Below, one piece after another: positions 1-12,341 of a stretch of DNA of 64,000 nt. Numbering within the stretch: the first letter of the stretch is position 1; the number at the start of each line of letters is the position of its first letter. Under the pieces are notes generated by a model. The model did no database searches, was not told where the DNA came from, and saw nothing but the letters and a program-made list of their open reading frames with translations. The DNA comes from an uncultured Chloroflexia bacterium (lineage in GTDB: Bacteria; Chloroflexota; Limnocylindria; Limnocylindrales; CSP1-4): contig CAVYIM010000006.1 of the NCBI GenBank assembly GCA_963768655.1, positions 160,001-224,000 on the forward strand, read 5' to 3'. The position numbers and the translations under genes were made by a program.

Positions 1-2
1 GG

Positions 3-2306
<2,304 letters not shown>

Positions 2307-2737
2307 CCGCGTACGTCGCCGAAGAGAAGCCTCGGACGTCCAGCGGCGTCGATCGCTCGGGAGGGAGTGGCATGGTCCTTCGCCGCTGCAGCCCTGCTGG
2401 CTTCGGCCTGCCCGGCTCCACCGGGCCCGCGTCACCGGGGATGAGCAACGCCACCGCGGCAACGTCCATGCCGCAGCCGGCAAGCCGGCGGGCCTGAAAC
2501 CGCCAGATACGCCGGGTGGAAGTGCAAGACGCAGTTGGCGCGGTCATTCCACCTGGCTGCTCGTTCTGCGCGCTCGATCCACGCTCAGCGAGGCGGTCGA
2601 ACCGCGATTCCTGGCGAGGCCGGGCCCGAAACTGGCGTCCACTGCTCCTGGGACGCGTATTCGAAAGAGACCCGGCAGTCTCGGCCGCCCATGTTTGCGT
2701 GCCGGACCGAGCCGACCGCGTCACGCGCCCGTCGCGC

Positions 2738-3577
2738 TCAGCCCATGGCCGAGTTGATCTGGCCCCAGATCCAGGCGGGGCGCCACGGGACGTCAGGTCC
2801 CAGCAGCATCCGCGGCGCGACCCAGTGCGGGCGCCAACCACGCGCCTCCAGCTCGCGCCGCCCAGCGGCGTTCTCCTCGGGAATGCCGGCCCTGGCGTAG
2901 CCGTCGGGCGGCGCGAGGTGGCGGTGCAGCTCGAGCAGGTAAAGCCCGTCCTCGAGCCTGGGCGCGATGATTGCCGCGAAGGCGCGGTCAGACGGAAGCA
3001 GGAAACCGCGCATCCCCGGCACGTCATCGAGCACCCAGCCGCCCGCCTTCGAGAGCTCGGCCAGTACCGGGCGGCGGTCTTCGGCCGTGGCGAGCCTGTC
3101 GAGCTCGAAGACGCGGGGCAGATCGTCCGGCGTCATCGGCCGGAGGCGCGCACCAGCAGGCGGCTCGGGCTCGCGGCCCAGGTGGTCGCCGTCCATCTCG
3201 TGGTAGTGGGTCACCAGCCGAAAGCCCAGCCGCTCGTACAGCGGGCGGCCCGCCGCCGTGGCAACGAGCGAGAGGGTCGCGCAGCCGGCGTCCCGTAGCC
3301 TCCGGCACAGCTCCTCCGTCATCGCCCGTCCGTACCCGCGGCCTCGCACCGGCTCGTCAACGACCACGGCTCCGAGCCACCCGACGGTGCCACTCGCGGT
3401 CGCCAGGCCGGTCGCGACCACACGGCGGTCGATGGTGCCCACCAGCGGCTGGCATGAGGGCGTGCGCAGGACGATATGGTAGAAGTGACGCCGGTCCCGC
3501 CATCCCTGGGCGAGTGCCAGGGCCACGGCCGCGTCGATGTCGGCCTCGGTCATGGCCCGGATCTGGAAGCCGCTCAT
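2738..3577 (-). CDS. GNAT family N-acetyltransferase (two-domain, YitH-like)
   Basis: Acetyl-CoA motif VRGRGYGRAM and ATAAGRPLYERLGF; paralog of the next gene. Confidence 0.85.
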   Translation of the reverse strand: MSGFQIRAMTEADIDAAVALALAQGWRDRRHFYHIVLRTPSCQPLVGTIDRRVVATGLATASGTVGWLGAVVVDEPVRGRGYGRAMTEELCRRLRDAGCATLSLVATAAGRPLYERLGFRLVTHYHEMDGDHLGREPEPPAGARLRPMTPDDLPRVFELDRLATAEDRRPVLAELSKAGGWVLDDVPGMRGFLLPSDRAFAAIIAPRLEDGLYLLELHRHLAPPDGYARAGIPEENAAGRRELEARGWRPHWVAPRMLLGPDVPWRPAWIWGQINSAMG

Positions 3578-3592
3578 GGGCGCACGCCTCCC

Positions 3593-4438
3593 TCAGCCGA
3601 ACGCGAATCCGAGCAGGCTCCAGATGAGCGTCGGTCGCCAGGCAGGCGCCGGGCCGCGCAGCATCCGGGGCGTCTCGAAAGCGGGCGTCCATCCCCACTG
3701 TGCCAGCAGGCGGCGTCCTGCAGGATGCCCGCTCGCCGCAGCGGCCCGAACGACCTGCGTCCGCCCGTTCGCGAGGTAGCGGAGCAGGTCGAGCAGGCAG
3801 GCTGCGTCGGCGGGATCCGGGGCAACCAGGGCGGCCGACTCGGCCTGGATCGACACCAGGAATCCGAGCACCTCCGCGCCGGCCCCTGTTTCGAGGAGCC
3901 AGCCCCGATCTGCGAGAGCGCCCAGGAGCGCGCGGCGGTCCTCGCCGGTCGCTCGGAAGTCCAGCGCGCCGACCCGGTCGACGTCGGCCAGTCGCATGCG
4001 TCGCAGCACCGTGCCTGGGGGAGGCGTGGGCGCCGCGCCAAGTGGTGCCGCTTCGTGGATCTGATACATGGCGTCGATGCGGAAGCCCATCTTCTCGTAG
4101 ATCGGCCGGCCCAGGTCCGAGGCGATCAGCGCGAGGGTTCGGCACCCGGCCGATTCGAGGGCCCCGCACACGTGTTCGGTCATCGCGCGGCCCAGGCCCT
4201 GCCGCCGCAGGCGCGCGTCCACGAAGATGGACCCTACCCAGCCCACCGGCCCGTTCACCACGCCCTGGCCGGTGGCCACGACACTGCCGTCCATCGTCCC
4301 GACCAGCGGCTGGCAGTTTGGGGTGGCCAGCATGAGCTCGAGGAACGGGCGCCGATCGTCCCAGCCGCCGGAGTGCAGCAACTCCACTGCCGGGCCGATG
4401 TCGGCGGCGGTCATGTCGCGGATCTCGAAGGCGGTCAT
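3593..4438 (-). CDS. GNAT family N-acetyltransferase (two-domain, YitH-like)
   Basis: LRRQGLGRAM and ASDLGRPIYEKMGF motifs. Start MTAFEIRDM at 4438 aligns with the paralog start MSGFQIRAM. Confidence 0.85.
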   Translation of the reverse strand: MTAFEIRDMTAADIGPAVELLHSGGWDDRRPFLELMLATPNCQPLVGTMDGSVVATGQGVVNGPVGWVGSIFVDARLRRQGLGRAMTEHVCGALESAGCRTLALIASDLGRPIYEKMGFRIDAMYQIHEAAPLGAAPTPPPGTVLRRMRLADVDRVGALDFRATGEDRRALLGALADRGWLLETGAGAEVLGFLVSIQAESAALVAPDPADAACLLDLLRYLANGRTQVVRAAAASGHPAGRRLLAQWGWTPAFETPRMLRGPAPAWRPTLIWSLLGFAFG

Positions 4439-4564
4439 CGATCCCTCGGGTTCGTACTCGGGAGAGCACAACTGTACGATGGGCGAGCGATCCGTGACGC
4501 CCCGGCACAGACTCGCAAGCCGCTCCGGCCGGACCTCGGGTCGCTGAGGTGGTGTTCGGTCCGG

Positions 4565-4570
4565 TATCAT
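4565..4570 (+). promoter_or_regulatory. -10 element of probable leaderless gatC promoter
   Basis: TATCAT 7 nt before the ATG at 4578, with no Shine-Dalgarno sequence. Confidence 0.55.
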
Positions 4571-4577
4571 CCCCGCC

Positions 4578-4883
4578 ATGGCCACGCTGTCCCGTGCCGA
4601 CGTAGAGCACGTAGCCCACCTGGCGCGCCTCGGTCTGACCGAGGAGGAGTTGGCGCGCCTGGAAGGGCAGCTCAACCACATCCTCGACCAGTACGCCATC
4701 CTCACCACGCTCGACACGGAGCACATCCCGCCCACGGCCCAGACGATCGAGCTGGCGAACATCCTGCGCGAGGATGCCGTCGCCCCGTCGCTGACCGCGG
4801 ACGAGGCCCTGGCCAACGCCCCTGAGCGCAGCGGCGACCACTTCGTCGTGCCGGCGATCCTCGGCGGCGGAGGGGGCGCGTAG
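4578..4883 (+). CDS. gatC: Asp/Glu-tRNA amidotransferase subunit C
   Basis: VEHVAHLARLGL...LREDAV...LANAPE...FVVP; lies directly before gatA. Confidence 0.97.
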   Translation: MATLSRADVEHVAHLARLGLTEEELARLEGQLNHILDQYAILTTLDTEHIPPTAQTIELANILREDAVAPSLTADEALANAPERSGDHFVVPAILGGGGGA

Positions 4884-4886
4884 GCC

Positions 4887-6497
4887 ATGGCCGATCTCAC
4901 CCGCCTCCACGCCCATGAGATGGCGCGCCTGCTGCGTCGCGGCGAGGTCAGCTCGCGAGCGCTGACCGAAGCACACCTGGCGGCCGCCGAGCGGCAGAAT
5001 CATGCCCTCAACGCCTGGTTGGCGATCTACCGCGCCGACGCCCTTGCCGGGGCCGACGCCGCCGACCGGCGCCTGGCCGAGGCGCGCCGCGCCGGCCCCG
5101 CCGCTCTCGCCGCCCTGCATCCGCTTTGCGGCGTGCCGGTGGGACTCAAGGACCTCGTCTCGGTCAAGGGCGGCCAGGCCACGGCCGGCTCGAAGATCCT
5201 GGCTGGCTACATCGCCCCGTTCGACTCCACGGTCACCGCCCGCCTGCGCGAGGCCGGCGCGGTGATCCTGGGCAAGACCAACATGGACGAGTTCGCCATG
5301 GGCTCGTCCACGGAGCACTCCGCCTACGGTCCGGCGGCAAATCCCTGGGACCTGACGCGCGTCCCGGGCGGCAGCTCGGGTGGCTCGGCGGCGGTCGTCG
5401 CCGCGTACCACACGCCACTCGCCATCGGCACGGACACGGGCGGCAGCATCCGCCAGCCGGCGTCGTTGTGCGGCATCGTCGGGCTCAAGCCCACCTACGG
5501 CCGCGTCAGCCGCTTCGGCATCGTCGCCTACGCCAGCTCGCTCGACCAGATCGGGCCGCTCGCCCGCGATGCCCGCGACGCCGCCCTGCTGCTGCACGCC
5601 GTATCCGGCCGCGACGAGCGCGACGCCACGTCGGCGCCCGAGCCGGTGCCCCATGAGCTGCTGGCCCTTCCCGACGGCGACGACGAGGCGGCTGCCTACC
5701 TGCGCGGCCGCCGCATAGCCCTGCCCCGCGAATACTTCGTCGAGGGCGTGGAGCCCGGTGTCGCCGCCCGCGTTCGCGAGGCCGTGGCCGCCATGGAGCA
5801 GGCCGGCGCGAACGTCGAAGAGGTCTCGCTGCCTCACACGGACTACGGCCTGGCCGCGTACTACATCATCGCCCCGGCCGAGTGCAGCTCCAACCTGGCC
5901 CGCTTCGACGGCGTCAGGTACGGGCTCGCGGACCGGAGCTCGGGTGAGTTCATCGCCGATTACCTGCGTACGAGAGGCGCCGGTTTCGGGCCCGAGGTCA
6001 AGCGCCGCATCATGCTCGGCACCTATGCCCTTTCGGCCGGCTACTACGACGCGTACTACCTGAAGGCGCAGAAAGTGCGGACTCTCATCAAGGCGGACTT
6101 CGACGCGGTCTGGGCGGCCGGCTTCGACGCGATCTGCGCGCCGACGAGCCCCACCGTCGCCTTCCCGTTGGGCGCCAAGCTGGCGGATCCGGTGGCGATG
6201 TATCTCCTTGACGTCTGCACCCTTCCGATCAACATGGCCGGTCTGCCGGGAGTGTCGATCCCGGCCGGTCTCTCGGACGGTCTCCCGGTCGGCCTGCAGA
6301 TCGTCGGGGCGCCGTGGACCGAACTGCCGATGCTTCGTCTGGCCCGCGCGTACGAGGCGATCACGGCCAGAGCAACCTGGCGGGCCATCGAGCCCGCCGA
6401 GCTGCACCTGACCGACGATCCGACCACGCCCAGCCCGGTCGAGCGGATGCGGCGCAACGTAGACGCCACCGCCACGGGTTCGGGCGGCCAAGCCTGA
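4887..6497 (+). CDS. gatA: Asp/Glu-tRNA amidotransferase subunit A
   Basis: Amidase signature [33 protein letters not shown]; [22 protein letters not shown]. Confidence 0.98.
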   Translation: MADLTRLHAHEMARLLRRGEVSSRALTEAHLAAAERQNHALNAWLAIYRADALAGADAADRRLAEARRAGPAALAALHPLCGVPVGLKDLVSVKGGQATAGSKILAGYIAPFDSTVTARLREAGAVILGKTNMDEFAMGSSTEHSAYGPAANPWDLTRVPGGSSGGSAAVVAAYHTPLAIGTDTGGSIRQPASLCGIVGLKPTYGRVSRFGIVAYASSLDQIGPLARDARDAALLLHAVSGRDERDATSAPEPVPHELLALPDGDDEAAAYLRGRRIALPREYFVEGVEPGVAARVREAVAAMEQAGANVEEVSLPHTDYGLAAYYIIAPAECSSNLARFDGVRYGLADRSSGEFIADYLRTRGAGFGPEVKRRIMLGTYALSAGYYDAYYLKAQKVRTLIKADFDAVWAAGFDAICAPTSPTVAFPLGAKLADPVAMYLLDVCTLPINMAGLPGVSIPAGLSDGLPVGLQIVGAPWTELPMLRLARAYEAITARATWRAIEPAELHLTDDPTTPSPVERMRRNVDATATGSGGQA

Positions 6498-6507
6498 GGA
6501 CGCACCG

Positions 6508-7770
6508 ATGACCACCCCGACCACCCGCTCCGACAACCGCCTGACCACCGACCCCTCGATCCTGAACTCGCAGGCCGAGCCCGAGCGCCCGCCGCTCTCG
6601 ACGCGCGTCTTGGCGCGCCGGGTCGACGAAGTTCCACGCTCCGGAATCCGGCGCTTCTTCGACATCCTGGCGACGATGACCGACGTCATCAGCCTGGGCG
6701 TGGGCGAGCCGGACTTCGACACGCCCCAGCAGGTGATCGAGGCCGGCCGGCACAGCCTGGCCTCGGGCAGGACTCACTACGCCAGCAACTACGGGACCAT
6801 CGAGCTGCGCCGCGCCCTGGCCCACCATCTCGAGCGCCTCTACGGCGTCCGCTACGACCCGACCGAAGAGATCCTGATCACCATCGGCGCGTCGGAGGCG
6901 CTGGACGTGGCCGTTCGGGCCACGATCGACCCGGGCGACGAGGTGATCCTCCATGAGCCGTCATACGTTTCGTATCGGCCGGCGGTGATATTTGCCGGGG
7001 GCGTACCCGTGGGCGTGCCCACCACTATCGAAGACGACTTCGCCCTCGATCCGGCCAGGGTGGAGGCGGCCATCACGCCGCGGACCAAGGCCATCCTGCT
7101 CAACTACCCGTCCAATCCGACCGGCGCCGTCCTGCCGCACGAGGTCCAGGACGAGATCGCCCGCATCGCCGTCCGCCATGACCTGCTCGTCTACAGCGAC
7201 GAAATCTACGACCGGCTCGTCTACGGCGGCTACCAGATGCGGACCATGGGCGCGCTGCCGGGCATGCGCCGTCGAACCGTTCTGATGGGCGGCTTCTCCA
7301 AGGCTTACGCCATGACCGGCTGGCGGATCGGCTACATCTGCGCGCCTTCGGAGATCCTGGAGGGGATCCTCAAGGTTCACCAGTACGTGATCATGTGCGC
7401 CCCCACGGTCGCCCAGGACGCGGCCCTCGAGGCCCTCAAGACCGGCGAGCCCGACATCCAGCGCATGGCGGCCGACTACGACCGGCGTCGACGGCTGATC
7501 GTCGACGGCTTCAACGCCATCGGCCTGCGCACCTTCGAGCCGCTCGGCGCCTTCTACGCCTTTCCCCAGATCACCTCGACCGGGCTCAGCAGCGATGCCT
7601 TTGCCGAGGCCCTCCTGCAAGAGGAGTCCGTCGCCGTGGTCCCCGGCACCGCCTTCGGCGAGGCTGGCGAGGGCCACGTCCGCTGCTGCTACGCCACCAG
7701 CGAGGCCGAGTTGCGCGAGGCGCTCGTCCGCATCGAGCGCTTCGTCAAACGTCGAAGAGGCGATGCGTGA
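6508..7770 (+). CDS. PLP-dependent aminotransferase class I/II
   Basis: SLGVGEPDF, NYPSNPTG, SDEIY, GFSKAYAMTGWRIGY (PLP lysine). Confidence 0.93.
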   Translation: MTTPTTRSDNRLTTDPSILNSQAEPERPPLSTRVLARRVDEVPRSGIRRFFDILATMTDVISLGVGEPDFDTPQQVIEAGRHSLASGRTHYASNYGTIELRRALAHHLERLYGVRYDPTEEILITIGASEALDVAVRATIDPGDEVILHEPSYVSYRPAVIFAGGVPVGVPTTIEDDFALDPARVEAAITPRTKAILLNYPSNPTGAVLPHEVQDEIARIAVRHDLLVYSDEIYDRLVYGGYQMRTMGALPGMRRRTVLMGGFSKAYAMTGWRIGYICAPSEILEGILKVHQYVIMCAPTVAQDAALEALKTGEPDIQRMAADYDRRRRLIVDGFNAIGLRTFEPLGAFYAFPQITSTGLSSDAFAEALLQEESVAVVPGTAFGEAGEGHVRCCYATSEAELREALVRIERFVKRRRGDA

Positions 7771-9266
7771 CGACTGCATCTGTGGCCGGCGGCAGGAGCC
7801 GGGCGCTGGAGCGCTACGAGGCCGTCATCGGCATCGAGATCCACTGCCAGCTGCGGACCGCCAGCAAGATGTTCTGCGGCTGCTCCACCGCGATCGATGG
7901 GGCAGTCCCGAACAGCCACTGCTGCCCGGTCTGTCTGGGCCTGCCGGGCGTGCTGCCGACGATCAACAAGACCGCTGTCGAATGGGTTCTGGCCACCGGC
8001 TTCGCGATCGAGGCCACCGTCGCGCCCACGACCCGCTGGGATCGCAAGAACTACTTCTATCCCGATCTGCCCAAGGGCTACCAGATAAGCCAGTACCAGT
8101 TGCCGCTGGCAGCCAACGGCCGGCTGGCATTCGATACGAGCGAAGGCCCGTTCACCGTTCGAGTGAGGCGCGCCCACCTCGAAGAGGACACCGGCCGGCT
8201 GATCCACGACGAGCTGGACGGCCGGCGGGTCAGCCTGATCGACTTCAACCGATCGGGCATGCCTCTGATGGAGATCGTGACCGAGCCCGACATCCGGACG
8301 GCCGAGCAGGCCCGCCGCTATGCCGAGGAGCTGCGGCTGCTGATGCGGACGATCGGCGCCTCGGACGCGGAGATGGAGAACGGCCAGATGCGGGTCGAGG
8401 CCAACGTCTCGATCCGGCCGCGCGGCCGGGAGGCGTTCGGGACGCGGGTCGAGGTCAAGAACATGAACTCGATGCGGGCCGTGGAGCGGGCGATCGCGTT
8501 CGAGATCGAGCGCCAGGCCGAGACTATCGATGCCGGTGGGACGATCCACATGGAGACACGCGGCTGGGACGAGGCGCGCCAGTCCACGTACCACATGCGG
8601 CCCAAGGAAGAGGAGAACGACTACCGGTACTTCCCCGAGCCCGACCTGCCGCCGCTGGTGACAACGCCCGAATGGCTGGCCGATATCAAGGCCCGGCTGC
8701 CGGAGCTGCCGTCGGCTCGGCGGGGGCGCTACCGCGAGGTCTTCGGTCTGTCCGCCTACGACGCGGATGTGCTGGTGAACGACGCGCCTGCCGCCGCCCT
8801 CTTCGAAGGTGCGCTGGCGGCCGATGCGTGTGTGCCGGCCAAGCTCCTCGCCAACTGGGTAACCGGCGAGTACCTGCGCCTGGCCAAGGGCGGGGAGGGG
8901 AGTGGCGGCGGAGCGGCAGGCCGCGTGGTGCCGGCCGAACTGGCCGCTCTGGTCAAGCTCGTCGCCGACGGCGCGATATCGGGGACCAACGCCAAGGAAG
9001 TCCTGGCCGAGCATTTCGCCTCGGGCGCCGGCGTGGCTTCGATCGTGGAGGCGCGCGGCTTCCGCCAGATCTCCGACGCCGGGGCCCTCGGCGCGGCAGT
9101 CGAGCAGGTGCTCGCCGCCAACCCGGCCGCCGTGGCGGACTATCGAGCCGGCAAGTCCGCGGCAGTCGGCTTCCTCGTCGGCCAGGTCATGAAGGCGACG
9201 CGCGGCCAGGCGAACGCGGGCATGGTGCAGACAGCGCTGCGCGAGCGGATGGACAGGCCCGAGTAG
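7767..9266 (+). CDS. gatB: Asp/Glu-tRNA amidotransferase subunit B
   Basis: VIGIEIHCQL, RKNYFYPDLPKGYQISQ, HLEED, DYRYFPEPDLPP, YqeY-like tail. GTG start overlaps the upstream stop (GTGA). Confidence 0.98.
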   Translation: MTTASVAGGRSRALERYEAVIGIEIHCQLRTASKMFCGCSTAIDGAVPNSHCCPVCLGLPGVLPTINKTAVEWVLATGFAIEATVAPTTRWDRKNYFYPDLPKGYQISQYQLPLAANGRLAFDTSEGPFTVRVRRAHLEEDTGRLIHDELDGRRVSLIDFNRSGMPLMEIVTEPDIRTAEQARRYAEELRLLMRTIGASDAEMENGQMRVEANVSIRPRGREAFGTRVEVKNMNSMRAVERAIAFEIERQAETIDAGGTIHMETRGWDEARQSTYHMRPKEEENDYRYFPEPDLPPLVTTPEWLADIKARLPELPSARRGRYREVFGLSAYDADVLVNDAPAAALFEGALAADACVPAKLLANWVTGEYLRLAKGGEGSGGGAAGRVVPAELAALVKLVADGAISGTNAKEVLAEHFASGAGVASIVEARGFRQISDAGALGAAVEQVLAANPAAVADYRAGKSAAVGFLVGQVMKATRGQANAGMVQTALRERMDRPE

Positions 9267-9284
9267 GGCGGGGAAGGAGAGCGT

Positions 9285-9560
9285 ATGGGCCCGGTCAACC
9301 TCATCTGCTGGGTCGTCGGAGTCCTGCTCATCATCGTCGGCTACACCCGCGCCCGCGGGCCGTGGAGCCGCTACCAGGCCCTCAAGGAGCAGGAGGCGAA
9401 CCTTGCCCGCTACGAGGGCTGGCGCGGCACGCGCCTCCGCGACGAGGGCCCCAGCGCGGCAACTCTGATGGCCCAGGAACTGCGCCGTCAGGCGCAGGTC
9501 GGCGCGATTGTAGCTGTAGCCGGCTTCGTGGTGGTGTTCGTGGGGTTCGCTGTTCGGTAA
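9285..9560 (+). CDS. small two-TM hypothetical membrane protein
   Basis: AAGGAG RBS, hydrophobic segments at both ends, host-like codon use. Confidence 0.75.
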   Translation: MGPVNLICWVVGVLLIIVGYTRARGPWSRYQALKEQEANLARYEGWRGTRLRDEGPSAATLMAQELRRQAQVGAIVAVAGFVVVFVGFAVR

Positions 9561-10008
9561 TCTCGGACCGGGCGGTGCTGCGGACGCGGACGTCGCCCGC
9601 GGCTCCGCTGCCTTCCCCGCTGAGGGCCGACGCGGCGCAGTCGCCGTCAAGGGCTGCTTCGCGAACGGCGGTTTGCCGGCGGGCGCGGCAGAGCGCACTC
9701 TACTTCCCGCGAACGCAAACAGTACGACTGCCCCGGCGTCGCGCGGCGTCCTAAGATGTCCGGAATCCGGCGGCACAGATGTGCAATGCTAAGCTCCACA
9801 TGGGGCCAGACGCCGTCTGGAGTTGGCGGCGCTGCGCCGGAGTGGTGGAGTCGTGGCGCGAGAGGCAATAGCTTGCGCGAAGCTCACCAGTGTCAACAGG
9901 GTGGATCGATGTGATGCTGTCGAGCGCGGCGGGGCGAACGGTCCCCGATAGCCGCGCAGGGGCGTGCGGCCGTGGAAGTCGCAGGCCGGCAACGGTGTGG
10001 GCGAAGCC

Positions 10009-11565
10009 ATGAGTGATCGATCGCCCGCCCTCGGCCTGGGCCACGATCGAAGGTTTGCCGTCTTCGCAGCCGCGTGCGCCGTCGCGACGCTCGGGATGTG
10101 TGGCGTCGATATCCTGGCGGCCCCGGCCGCGCGTCGTCCGGGGCAGGCCGTCGTCACCGCGCTGCTCGTGGCGACGGTCCTGGCGGGAGTCTGGTTCATC
10201 AAGCGCGGCTTCACTCCGCGCATTCTCATGTCGGCCGGGGCCACTTTGATGGTGCTCGGTGTCGCGGCGGGGATATGGCTGCCGGACAGCCTCGACGCCG
10301 CCCTGATCCTGCCGCTGGCCGGCGCGGTGCTGGCGTTGCCGGCGGTGCGCGGGCGACCGCTGCTGCTCCTGCTGGTCGTCGCGTTCGTCGCGACCATGGT
10401 CGGCGAGGTGGTGGGATCCGTCGGCCCGGGCACGGATGGATCGGAATCGCTGCTGTCGCTGCTCGAGTCGGGGGTCATGCTGGCCTTCACTTTCGGCTTG
10501 CTGTGGTGGGTCGGCGATCGCTGGTGGAGGGCGGACGAACAGGCTCGGGTCGCGCTGGCGAGCCAGCGCAGGCTGCTGGAGGTCAACGAGCGTCTCCTCT
10601 CGACGCTGGATCCTCAGGGCGTCTTCGAACTCATCGCCGACTCCCTCAAATCGGTGGTGGCCTATGACAACCTGACCATCTATCGCGTCGACAGATCGGC
10701 CGGCGTCCTGGTCCCTGTCCTGGCGCGGGACCGCTTTGCGAAGCTCATCATCGAGTCCACGTTTCCGATCGATCGCGGTCTCACGGGCTGGGTCGTAGCC
10801 CACGGCGCCGCGGAGTGCGTAAACGATGCCCTTCACGACCCGCGCGCCCACACCATTCCGGGCACACCGGCTGAGGAGGAATCGCTCATCGTGGTGCCGC
10901 TCCTGGTCGGCGGCGAGGTCGCGGGGACGCTGAACGTGGGCCGCATGGGTGAAGAGGAGGCCCATTTCAGCGACGGGGAGTTCGAACTTGCGCGCCTCTT
11001 CGCGGGTCAGGCGTCGATCGCCCTGCGGAATGCCGAGACGCTGCGCGCCGTCGCCACTCGGGCGGAGACAGATGCCCTGACGGGGCTCCGAAACCGTGGC
11101 GCCTTCGATGACCGGCTGGCGGCACTGATGGCCGACCCGAGCGTTCAGCCGCTCGTCCTCGTGATGCTCGACCTGGACGGGTTCCACGACTACAACAACG
11201 TGCATGGGCACCCGGCCGGGGACAGCCTGCTCCAGGCCGCCGCCGCGGCCATCACGGCATCCGTCCGCGAGGGCGACCTCTGCTTCCGCTACGGTGGCGA
11301 CGAGTTTGCGCTGCTGCTGCCTGGAACGGACGAGGAGAGCGCTACGCAGATCGCCGAGCGGGTGCGCCTAGCCATCGCCGCAGTGGACAGCAGCGGCACT
11401 CCAGGAGTCACTGCCAGCGTCGGTCTTGGGATAGCGCCCCGTGATGCTCAGGCAGCCGGAGCCCTGGTCGCTGCCACCAATTCCGCGCTATACCGCGCCA
11501 AGGGGTCGGGCGGCAACCGCGTCGAAACGTGGAGTCGCATCAGCACCGCCACGGGCGGTCGGTGA
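10009..11565 (+). CDS. membrane-bound GAF-domain diguanylate cyclase
   Basis: About six N-terminal TM helices, a GAF domain, DALTGLRNR, and RYGGDEF with an RxxD I-site (REGD). Confidence 0.9.
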   Translation: MSDRSPALGLGHDRRFAVFAAACAVATLGMCGVDILAAPAARRPGQAVVTALLVATVLAGVWFIKRGFTPRILMSAGATLMVLGVAAGIWLPDSLDAALILPLAGAVLALPAVRGRPLLLLLVVAFVATMVGEVVGSVGPGTDGSESLLSLLESGVMLAFTFGLLWWVGDRWWRADEQARVALASQRRLLEVNERLLSTLDPQGVFELIADSLKSVVAYDNLTIYRVDRSAGVLVPVLARDRFAKLIIESTFPIDRGLTGWVVAHGAAECVNDALHDPRAHTIPGTPAEEESLIVVPLLVGGEVAGTLNVGRMGEEEAHFSDGEFELARLFAGQASIALRNAETLRAVATRAETDALTGLRNRGAFDDRLAALMADPSVQPLVLVMLDLDGFHDYNNVHGHPAGDSLLQAAAAAITASVREGDLCFRYGGDEFALLLPGTDEESATQIAERVRLAIAAVDSSGTPGVTASVGLGIAPRDAQAAGALVAATNSALYRAKGSGGNRVETWSRISTATGGR

Positions 11566-11757
11566 AGTCGACTTCCACCAGAAGAAGCGCCAGGGCGGGG
11601 TGGGTACCGGGCGGACGTGGCCCGAAGAGGCCTCCTTCCAATAGATCGGCGGAGTGAGGTCCGGACCATCCGAGCGCGGGGAGAATACGGGTGTCCGCTT
11701 GCCGCGACGATTGGACCGCCGGCGGTCGACCGCGAAGAGACGAACACTCCAGGCAGC

Positions 11758-11823
11758 ACGTACGACGCCGTCCCCCCGGGACGGCGTCGTACGTCGTGTC
11801 GGCGGCGTCGTACGTCGTGTCGG
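11758..11823. repeat. 17-bp perfect hairpin overlapping a 21-bp tandem duplication, between convergent genes
   Basis: ACGTACGACGCCGTCCC-ccc-GGGACGGCGTCGTACGT (11758-11794); CGGCGTCGTACGTCGTGTCGG twice (11782-11802, 11803-11823). Confidence 0.85.
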
Positions 11824-11829
11824 AGTGGC

Positions 11830-12327
11830 TCAGCCGCGCGGCATCCGTCCTAGCTCGATGGCGGTGCAGCGGTCCATGACCACCGCCAGCCCGCCCGCGG
11901 CGGCGATGCGGGCACTCTCCCAGTTCACGATGTCGAGCTGGAGCCACAGCGCTCGAGCTCCGACCGCTACGGCGTCGCGGGCGATCTCTTCAGTCAACTC
12001 CGCCCGGCGGAAGACGTCGACGATGTCGATGGGACCGCCGCTGGCAGCCTCGGCCAGCGTGGCGACGGCCGGCACACCCTGGACGACGGTTTCGTTCGGG
12101 TTGACGGGCACGCACTCGTAGCCGGCGGCGAGCAGCGTGCGAAAGACCCCGAACGACGGCCGGGCCGGGTTCGATGAAGCGCCTACGACGGCGATGCGGC
12201 GGGCGGATCGGAGCAGTTCGAAGATGCCCCGATCATCCAGCAACGGCACGGTGCCAGGCTCAGGCCGGTGGCCCGCGGGCCGGCCTGCCACGAGTGCTTC
12301 GTCCGAACTCGACCGGTCGGTTGCCAT
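11830..12327 (-). CDS. CoA-binding protein (YccU-like)
   Basis: IAVVGASSNPARPS, VPVNP, IDIVDVFRR, LWLQL, VMDRC; AAGGAG RBS before the ATG at 12327. Confidence 0.9.
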   Translation of the reverse strand: MATDRSSSDEALVAGRPAGHRPEPGTVPLLDDRGIFELLRSARRIAVVGASSNPARPSFGVFRTLLAAGYECVPVNPNETVVQGVPAVATLAEAASGGPIDIVDVFRRAELTEEIARDAVAVGARALWLQLDIVNWESARIAAAGGLAVVMDRCTAIELGRMPRG

Positions 12328-12341
12328 GGGGCTCCTTTGTG

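Noticed and set aside
9561-10008. c-di-GMP riboswitch upstream of the diguanylate cyclase
   Set aside because: GGCAAACC occurs only on the minus strand and lacks the rest of the class I consensus; only generic GC hairpins are seen. An Infernal search would settle it.
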